From Nageia nagi (taxonomy: Eukaryota > Plantae > Pinophyta), in contig JBITNC010000001.1 of assembly GCA_050084985.1 (NCBI GenBank), positions 177,878,001 through 177,942,000 on the forward strand: a stretch of DNA of 64,000 bases. The letters are read 5' to 3'. This document shows, in pieces, positions 54,321-64,000 of this stretch. How positions within the stretch are numbered: position 1 is the first letter of the stretch; each line of letters begins with the position of its first letter. The notes beneath the pieces are model-generated. The model saw only the letters and a list, made by a program, of their open reading frames with translations. It was not told where the DNA came from and ran no database searches. The position numbers and the translations under genes were made by a program.

Positions 54321-57300
54321 ATTTGGATGTTAGCTTGTTAAGGATTTGGTATTTTTTTAAAGTGGAAGGATATCTTCCCTTCAAATTTAAAATATACCAT
54401 GGATTTATATTAGGTTTGGACTATACGCCAAAAATGGTTGAAAACTATTAAAATAGGCTCAAATTGGTAATGGGTGCTTGAATTTGGTCGAGTTTGCTCT
54501 TGGTTCATCTAGCTTTTCTAGTTTTTGTTGATTTGAGGTAAATACACCTAGAGTATATAGAATATATGTCGATGATATATCTACGAATTTGTTCATCATA
54601 TCCTTTTTTATAACTATAATAGTATTGATATTAAATAATTTTAGCATGATCATATATGGTATAATAGTTTTCATTATATTTAAGAAAAAATACACCTATT
54701 TTTATACTTTTCTTATTTTTTTGATATATTTAATTTTTATTTTTTATAATTTTTACAAAATATTAAAATTGAGGAGTACAAGGTTAAGGTTAGCTAATAA
54801 GATAATTAACAAAGAATTATATAATTCAATTCAAACTTTATTAAGGAATTCAAAAAAGTGATGATGATTACATCCATAATAATGCTTATTAAATTGATGT
54901 ACATATCTCTAAACAATCTTATCATGGAGATACAAAAAATGATAACCTAGAAATCCAAAATCTACAAGTTGATAATGAAAAAGATAAAAATCAACAAATT
55001 CAATTCTATAATTGTCATAAGGAAAGTTAAAATTAAGATAAAATCATATAATAAGAACCAAGTTAGAATTTCCTTTGCATGTCTTGTTAATAGAATAAAG
55101 AAGAGAAAAATTGATGCATTATATCTTAACCAATGAGGAATTTGTCCAAAAATTTCTCATAAACCTAATGTCCAACTTGTTGTCATTGACTTATATTATG
55201 ATTATGGAGTCCTGAAACCTCCTCCTTCATATCATTATTCCTTTAGAAAACTACATCATGAAGATGATATGATACACTAAAATCCATTGAAACCCAATAT
55301 TTCTTAACTCTTTCAAGCATCCTACAACCATTCCATTATTATCATAGGTCTCTTGTTTGTATGTTAGCTTGTTAAGCATTTGGTATTTTTTTTAGAGAGG
55401 AAAGATATCTTCCCGTCAAATTCAAAATATACCATGGATTTATATCAGGTTTGGATTGTATACAAAAATGGCTAAAAACTATTGAAATAGGCTTAGATTG
55501 GTAATGGGTGCTTGAATTTGGCTGAGTTTTCCCTTGGTTCATCTAGCTTGTTTGGTTTTGGTTGATTTGAGGTATATATTCCTAAAGTATATAGAATATA
55601 TGTTTATGATATATCTACAAATTTGGTCATCTCATCCTTTTTTATAACCATAATAGCATTGATGATAAATAATTTTAGCATGATCATATATGGTATAACA
55701 TTTTTCATTATATTTAAGAAAAAATACAAAAAATAAGAACCAATACACCTAATTTTTATACTTTTCTTATTTTTTTTATATATATAATTTTTATTTTTTC
55801 ATAACTTTTGCAAAAATATTAAAATTGAGGAGTACAAGGGTAAGGTTAGATAATAAGATAATTAACCAAGAATTATAGAATTCAATTCAAACTTTATTAA
55901 GGAATTCAAAAAATTGATGATGATTACATCCATGATGATGCTTATTAAATTGATGTACATATCTCTATACAATCTTATCATGGAGATACAAAAAATGATA
56001 ACCTAGAAATCCAAAATCTACAAGTTTGTAATGAAAAAGATTAAAATCAACAAATTTAATTCTATAATAGTCATAAGGAAAGTTAAAATTAAGATAAAAT
56101 CATATAATAAGAACCAAGTAAGTCAGAATTTCCTTTACATGTCTTGCTAATGGAATAAACAAGAGAACAATGGATGCATGATATCTCAACCAGTGAGGAA
56201 TTTGTCCAAAACTTTCTGATAAACCTAATGCTCAACTTGTTGTCATTGACCTATATTATGATTGTGGAGTCTTGAAACCTCCTCCTTAATATCATTGTTC
56301 CCTTAGAAAACTACATCATGAAGATGATATGATACTCACATTAAAATCCATTGAAACCCAATATTTCTTAACTCTTCCAAGCATCCTATAACCATTCCAA
56401 CATTATCATAGGTCTCCATGAAGATTATTTGGATGTTAGCTTATTAAGGATTTGATGTGCTTTTTAGAGAGGAAGGATATCTTCTTATCAAATTCAAAAT
56501 ATACAATGGATTTATATTAGGTTTGGATTGTATACAAAAATGGCTAAAAATTGTTGAAACAGGCTCAGATTGGTAATGGGTGCTTGAATCTGGTTGAGTT
56601 TTCCCTTAGTTCATCTAGCTTATTTGGTTTTTTATTTATTTGAGGTATATATTACTAGAGTATATAGAATATACGTCTATGATATATCCATGAATTTGGT
56701 CATCTCATTCTTTTTTATAACCATAATAGCATTAATATTAAATAATTTTAGCATGATCATATATGGTATAATAATTTTCATTATATTTAAGAAAAAATAC
56801 AAGAAAGGAGAACCGATACACCTAATTTTTATTTTTTTCTTATTTTTTTGATATATTTAATTTTTATTTTTTTATTATTTTTACAAAAATATTAAAATTG
56901 AGGAGTACAAGGTTAAGGCTAGCTAATAAGATAATTAACCAAGAATTATATAATTCAATTCAAACTTTATTAAGGAATTAAAAAAAGTGATGATGATTAT
57001 ATCCATAATGATGCTTATTAAATTGATGTACATATCTCTAGATAATCTTATCATGGATATACAAAAATGATAACCTAGAAATCCAAAATCTACAAGATGA
57101 GAATGAAAAGGATAAAAATCATCAAATTCAATTCTATAATATTCATAAGGAAAGTTAAAATTAAGATAAAATCATATAATAAGAACCAATTAAGTTATAA
57201 TTTCCTTTGCATGTCTTGCTAATAGAACAAAGAAGAGAAAAATTGATGCATTATATCTTAACCAATGATGAATTTATCCAAAACTTTCTCATAAACCTAA

Positions 57301-57487
57301 TGTCTAACTTGTTTTCATTGACCTGTATTATGCTTATGGAGTCCTAAAAACTCCTCATTCATATCATTGTTCCCTTAGAAAACCACATCATGAATATGAT
57401 ATGATACTCACACTAAAATCCATTGAAAATCAATATTTCTTAACTCTTACAAGCATTCTACAACCATTCCAACATTGTCATAGGTCT
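54321..57487. repeat. Three-copy tandem duplication, unit ~1.03-1.07 kb
   Basis: Unit starts (gttagctt) lie at 54329, 55363 and 56435, and each unit ends ..cataggtct. The copies are alignable throughout by eye. Confidence 0.95.
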
Positions 57488-58399
57488 ACATACTTCATCA
57501 AGAATTAGATACAACTTTCCAAATCTTAGAAAAATCTAAATTAGTGATCCTATATTTTATCCAAAATCAAGTCAAACTTCACCAATAGCTTTATCTCACA
57601 GTCCCCAACACTATTTCAACCTTAAAAATTAATAGTTAGTTGAAAAAATATACAAAATACCTTATGAATCCCCACTTACAATTACCTTGGATAATATATC
57701 ATCAAGCTAAAATAAATCCAATCTAGAAGTGTATATTAGAGAATATGAAGAAGAGACAATAAGTGACTTTAATGATGATGTTGATAAGCACATAATAGTG
57801 GATGGTAAATAAGAAAATATGTATGAATAAGAGCATTAAACCATTGATCCACTTAGAGATATATTTAAGCATGATGGATTAACTTCTAGATAAATTATCA
57901 TTCAAGTCCTACAAGTATATAAAAAGATCCAAGATTCACAAGAGCTTCAAAGGAAGAATAATAGAAAATGTTAAGAGAATCAAACTAGTTTTCAAGGAAA
58001 CTAAAATAAATAGAATAGGGTAATATACCAAGTTACAAAAGAAACCAAGTGAAGATTCAGATCAATTAATATTTTAAGTAAAACTTTAGGTACTCAAGGA
58101 AAAATAAGCATCCCAAGAGAAAAATAAGGAATAATCTTGTTAACCAAAAATCTAAGAATAACCTAACTAGGGGGCAAGGAGGAGAGATGCATAATTGATC
58201 TAGGGTTCATGAAAGATAACATGTAGGTAGTTTCAAACCTTTAAAAGCTTCAAATATTTCAAATTTAGTAGTATTTTTAGTTCATTTGGGGTAAGAGAAA
58301 TCTCCATAGGAACTCATAATAGTCATTTCTCTATTGCAATTCACCATGGCATCTACCAATTAGGTATGGAGGCTCTCTCAGGAGCAAGACTTGAGAATG

Positions 58400-59061
58400 A
58401 ATCAAATAATAGCTCTACTTAGGGACGTAAAAGTAGAAAAAATCTATCTCAACATCCCAAATACCATAATCTCATAGGTAGAAGAAAAAGGCATGTTGAA
58501 TATAGTATGGAAAATGAATGGTACAAAACTAAATTTTGATCATATTCCAAAGTGGGTTAATTTATGATGGAAGGTCAAGAACAAGGTGAACATTATTGTT
58601 ATACCAAATGATTTCATCATGTTCAAATTGAGTTTCAAAGAAGTTAGAGATCAAGTTCTAAATAGACCTTAATTCATTGGTAGAAGAGGACTAATCTTGG
58701 AGAATTGATACCAAAGATTTAATTCGGATAAATCTCATATTATTATAGCACCAAAATGGGTGGTTATTCCAAGCCTTCCAATAGAATTCTAGAATTATAG
58801 GGTTTATGAAGGGATTGCAAGTTCTTTTGATAAATTCATTGCAATCAAATCGATTACAAAAGCCTTATGGGAGCTAGAATGTGTATCATGGTGGAATTTG
58901 AAACTAGATTATCCACCAAGATCTTACTCAAATCAAAATTAGGTGAGCATATTCATGAGATACAATACAAAAAGAATATTTATCTATGTCCAATATGCAT
59001 GCAAGTTGGACACATTAGACTTTCATGCCTAGCTAGGGTCTCCATAGAGGGAATAGGTTAG
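58400..59061 (+). mobile_element. L1 LINE ORF1 remnant (DUF4283 + zinc knuckle)
   Basis: IPNDFIMFKL..FIGRRGLILE..APKWVVIPSLPIEF*..ARMCIMV..CPICMQVGHIRLSC. Confidence 0.85.
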
Positions 59062-59899
59062 AAGGAGTGGAAACTCAAATGGAATAATGAGGTTTTAGGA
59101 AAGGATTATTTGGATAACAATGATGTCAAAAGTAATAATAGATTTCAAGATCAAGAAGTTAAGATAATGAAAGGCTCGAAAGAAATAAACATAGTTTTAG
59201 AATTAGTATATCAATTAGAAGATGTTTTGATGGAGAAGATAGCTATGGATAAGGGAAAATAAACTCAACCAATAGCCCAAGATAATTTAATGGATTCATA
59301 GGATACGTATTCCCTCAAAGAAGATCATAGAATAACAAAAAATGTGGCAAGAAAGATGGATATAGGTAAAGATATATGGTACGTCCAAACAAAGTTGAGG
59401 CTCAAGAAAAGGATACTGTAAAAGAGATTATTGATGAAATATATTCCACATTGATTAGGGTTGGGTGAGGCTTCCTCCTTAAGAAGGAAAATAAATGAAA
59501 TCTCAACCATGGATTGAAGAAAGATATGCTACAATCTTCATAATTGGAAGACTCTAACGTTTGAAACATATATAGATGTAGATAGTAGATTGAATGTAAC
59601 TGGTATCTGGGTTATGGATCATCAAGAATCTCTTTACCATTAGAAACTATATAAAATAAATAGGAAAGGATAAATAGTTTTCAAATCTACCTTTTACAAG
59701 TAGGGTTCCTATATAAAAAATCCTTTCAATTTAATCTTGATAAAAAAAGTCTAAGAACAACCAAACAAATATTTTCAAGAGACTATAAAGGTGCAAACAT
59801 AATGAGAAAATACATAATATTCAAAATTTGAAATAGAAAAATAGTAATTAAGAAAAGTAATACTAGAAAGAAAGAAAAAAATATAATTAAATAAAAAAA

Positions 59900-60830
59900 A
59901 TTAGTAATTTGAAAGCATCGTAAGATCCTTATGCAAAAGAATTGATGTAAGAAAGTTAATGATAAAGAGAATAAAACATAAGATTTACTAAATATGATGG
60001 AATTTGAGATCTAAAAAGATATATCAAATAATTCCATGAGGAAGTAGTGGATTTTTTATATGATCAAGATCTTATAACTAATATATTTCCAACAAATTTG
60101 AAAGGTGATGCTTTGCAATAGTTCTATAGACTTCTATCAAGAAGTATTACAAGCTACAAGATTCTTCTAAAATAATTTTTGGAACTATATAAGCACAACA
60201 TCAAGCAAGAGACTAAGTTTATAAATTTGTACATGTTGAGACATATTCAACAAACTCATCAATATATAGATAACAAAGTAAGTATTTATCTAGAAGATCC
60301 TAGATAAGATTTTATCCATTCTTTTCTATCATATATATATATATATATATATAAGATAAAATAAATTATCCTTTTATAACCTCATAAAGAAATTACTAGA
60401 AATGAAAGAATAACTTATCATTGTAGGAACTCTTAAATACAAGAAAGTTATTACAATAATAAAAATAATAGTTTTTGAAAGAAAGAATATAGTAAATCAA
60501 GAAAGAAATAACATGATGTGGTGGCTAATGCAAAAAAAAAAAGGTAAACACATTAAACCAACCTTTATAGAAAATCAAGAAGAAAATATACACATTTTTA
60601 GGAAATTATGGATTCTATTTTGAACAATTAAACTGGTAGGAATATCATAAATCTTCCTTCAATAAGATACTATACCTTTCCTAATAGTGTTTGAAAAGGA
60701 TATAGGTTTGAGGAGTTTTAGAAATACCATAAAAATACTAGTTACAGTACAAAAAAGTATCACAAGTTGAGATATATACTTTAATATTTGATTGATCATA
60801 AGCCTATTTTATTTTATGAAGAAAAAAGAA
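59900..60830 (+). mobile_element. Decayed Ty3/gypsy gag remnant
   Basis: NIFPTNLKGDALQ*FYRLLSRSITSY (~60080-60160) resembles Retrotrans_gag. A decayed knuckle-like stretch lies at ~60710-60770. Confidence 0.6.
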
Positions 60831-61980
60831 GTGATCCAGAGATCAAGTATTTGAGTAAGGATTTTAGTAGAGATCTTCATGATTGGATATTGATGTGTTT
60901 TACTTTGTATCTGGTATTTTATTTTGTGTTTTCTTGAAATTTTGGAATCTATATCATGAAGTTCAAAAAATAATTATGCCTTGTACTCTTTGTTGGGGTT
61001 TAGAAAATGTTTATTGCATGTTTTGTGTACTTTGTCAGGTTTAAGAAATACTTTCCAAGAGCAAGAATCTTTCTTGCTAACATCATCTATATGAAGGACT
61101 AATGTTTAGTATAAAATCCCTTGTTTTACACTTTATTAGGGTTTGGAAACCTTGTTGCTGACATCACTATGTAGAAGGTTTGACACCTAGTATAAAAGCC
61201 TTTATCTTGTAATTACCACATTTAGGAGATTTTGGTGCTTACATCATTTATTTAGAGGATTGATGTTTAGTGTTGAAGGAATTATTAGGTGTAAGAGTAT
61301 CTTTGTTGATATCATGCTCAAAAAGGGACTAGAAATTCATTATCTAGATTATGGTAATCATGAGAGTGATGTAATCATTGGTGAAGATTGGCATTATTCA
61401 ATTATCCATTATTTGATCTAGCATTGAAATTTAAGGCTCAACATCATTATTTAAGGTTTGAAGATCATTGACCTCCATCTTAAAACTATTATAAATTCTC
61501 ATGCATATTTCTAAGGGAAGTTGAGGAGGTTTGAGATATTATAGAGTCGGTTACAGAAGTTAGTTAGTCATTATAAGTCCAAGCACTATGGTTATGTTTA
61601 TAAGAATCTGAATGCTTCATTATTGATGGGGATTGGTGTCAAATATTTAGATGTTGTTGGTGATAAAAGGTTCATACTAGTTCAATTAATTATTGAAGTG
61701 ATGCATATATGTGTGGAATTAGGATGAGATGTTGAAGATGTTGTTCACTCTTATATCTTTATCATTGTAATATTCCTTTATAAGTAATTGATAAAAGGGT
61801 TTCTAGAACTGGATGTACTACCATATTAGGATGATCCAATATAAATACATATATCAAACTTTTTATGTGTGTATTCATTACTATATATAATGAAGAGAAT
61901 ACAATCCATAAATGGAGAACAAAATCATCAAACTGGGAATAAGAAGAGACTCAAAAGTTTAACCTCTTCTTCTTCAATGG

Positions 61981-62500
61981 TGTTGGAATGTATAATGCAT
62001 TATTGTTAAGGTTTATATTAAATATTCTATATAAATTCACTAATACTTAAAGGTATCATTTGAGAGCTTAAGTATTTAAGTAAATATGATAATATAACTT
62101 GTCCTACAATTCATGTCATGAGCATGCCCCTTGGATAAAAGGATGTGCATGTCATGCTTTTGTACATTGGATGAAAGGATGATCCAAAGAGGGATTTTAG
62201 CCTATAAATAGAAGGCTCCCTCTTCGTGATTACACACCAATTTGTGGATTAAAGTTATGATATAGGATAGAAGTGTAGGAGATGAGATTAGGAGGATTGT
62301 AAGAGAGTTGTATTTGTGATTGAAGTAAAGATCTAGTTAGTAGATGTACTCCTAGTTGAAGGAACCACTTTACATCTTGAGTCACTTTGTGAGATTTTCT
62401 TATGTGTGAGTTTGTTATATGTGAATGAGAGCTTTCATGTGATTTTGGTTGATTAAGAATTATCTTGTTAGTGTTAGTTCCTACAAATTGGTATCAAAGC
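61981..62500 (+). mobile_element. 5' LTR (~505 bp) plus tRNA-iMet PBS of an LTR retrotransposon (probably Ty1/copia)
   Basis: Termini are TGTTGGA..TCCTACA (61981-62485), with an internal CCTATAAATAG at 62200. The PBS TGGTATCAAAGC is at 62489-62500. Confidence 0.75.
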
Positions 62501-62996
62501 TTGTTGTGGAAGTTTTCTTCAACAACTTTGTGATCTTCATTTCTCCTCCTACTCTTAATTGTTGAGGTAAAACCAAGAGAAGGTATTAATTCTTTTCTCT
62601 TTGATTATTATTTTTCGATTATTTCATAGTGATACTAATATATTTTGTGAAGATGTGTTAGTTCATGCTTAAAATAGTGCAAATTTTTTTCCTAACCTTT
62701 TTTTGGTGCAACTTTCTCATTGTTGAGCTTATTGCTAATTTATTTAAAAAAATGGTGTTAGAATGCATAAATTGAAATTTGTTTCAAATCATTTTTTTGA
62801 GAAATATTATCTTTCCCTAGCTCAAAAATAAACAAATATTGTATGTTATAAATTTTTTATTTTTCCAAATACTATGATATATATTTTCTTAATAAAAAGG
62901 GAATGTTGCATTCCCTTTACAAAATATATACATATATATTATTATTTTTTAAATTCAAATAGAATACTAATTTTTTTTCCAAATTTTATGGTGTTG

Positions 62997-63062
62997 GTTG
63001 TGGGGTTTGAACCCCTCATGCATCTATGCTTCTCGTGAGCCAATCATTATCCCCTTGTGCCT
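62997..63062 (-). mobile_element. Possible tRNA-derived SINE remnant
   Basis: The minus strand reads GGCACAAGGGG ... GGTTCAAACCCC (A/B-box-like). Confidence 0.3.
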
Positions 63063-63284
63063 TCTATGAACGAACACTTCCTGCACAGACCACTGCGACT
63101 CCAAACTCCCTTATGAGTTATCTTAAGAGTAGGGCCACCATTAGTAGGACCTTGTGGCTCCTTAATGAGATTACAATCAAGGTATAGGTGGCTTTGTTAC
63201 TAGTTCATCCAATAATCTCTCTACTCTACTCCTCCACCCACAGCCCACTACTCCCTTACCTATTGATTCCTTTCTATAAACTAT

Positions 63285-63423
63285 GTTTGCATCATGCATC
63301 TTATCAAACAATTCTTAGGTCATGTGTATTCTTTCAAATTTTGCATATATGGCTATCAAGGCATTTACAATCATAACTTATGATGGAAAAACCAATTTCA
63401 ACTACTCTTTGATGGATGTCCAT
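63285..63423 (-). pseudogene. Isolated PLS-PPR fragment
   Basis: MDIHQRVVEIGF / IVNALIAIYAKFERIHMT*ELFDKMHDA. It shares atttcaactactctttgatggatgtccat exactly with ~42739-42767. Confidence 0.75.
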
Positions 63424-64000
63424 TTTGAAACCCTATTTAAAACCTCATGCCCATGTTCTAAATTCATCGCTTAGATTCCCTACTATTCTCTCCTACTATG
63501 TGTGTGGCTATGGCTCTAAAATGGAGCCTCTTCATCCCTATGGCTGCACCTCCAATCATCCCTCATAGCTAACCTTCCTTCCATGTTCCCATGCTAGAAG
63601 TAATTTTCTTAGTGGGAGAGTCATGTGACTATCAAAAAAATTATAGAGCGCATGTGCTTTGTCAGTAATGATACGACGTGAAGAACCCACCCAGTCAACC
63701 CTTTCTCAGCAAGTCATCACCCCTTCCTCCTCTATCTCATGTTAGCCTTGAGGATAAAAGGTGCTCAATGCATGCCATTCTAACATCATGTCTCCTTGCA
63801 TGGAACCTCAAGTGGTCTTGTGGCTTCACTCTCCCTTGAATGCTAATTACTTGCAAGTTATCTTTTTTATTATTTTTTTCTTCGCTTGCACATTTTATAA
63901 AACCTAGGAGAGCCATCATTAAAGCACCTAAAGCTTTTAATTTTTCACCAAGAGGATACTCTAAATTTAAATCACTCTACCTTGCCCATATAAATCTAAC

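Noticed and set aside
54459-56851. Hydrophobic ORFs in the triple repeat as membrane proteins
   Set aside because: They are F/I/L/K-rich products of AT-rich DNA, and the frames are not conserved across all three copies.
63430-64000. Terminal region and 60-aa ORF as a gene
   Set aside because: No recognisable motif was found. It is probably another TE fragment but could not be assigned.

Overview
This is AT-rich eukaryotic plant DNA. The TE types and the heavy C>T/G>A decay suggest a gymnosperm or conifer, which is an inference. It contains two intact, convergent (tail-to-tail), two-exon paralogues of the plant L-gulonolactone-oxidase-like (GULLO; FAD_binding_4 + ALO) flavoenzymes: join(21135..22065,22886..23736) on + (593 aa) and join(52172..51269,50993..50143) on - (584 aa). 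The rest is a nested graveyard of decayed mobile DNA: L1 LINE remnants, an internally deleted Ty3/gypsy Tat-like LTR element, a non-autonomous hAT with a 26-bp array, CACTA-like ends around PLS-class PPR pseudo-fragments, a ~1.05-kb triple tandem duplication and a short LTR with a tRNA-iMet PBS. Three observations stand out. Both enzymes appear to carry Thr at the O2-gatekeeper position and have a remodelled substrate cap, so they may be neofunctionalised dehydrogenases. The PPR fragments appear to sit inside CACTA-like elements. The two paralogues share a conserved intronic segment. All analysis was by eye with no database searches, and TE boundaries are approximate unless TIR/TSD evidence is given.
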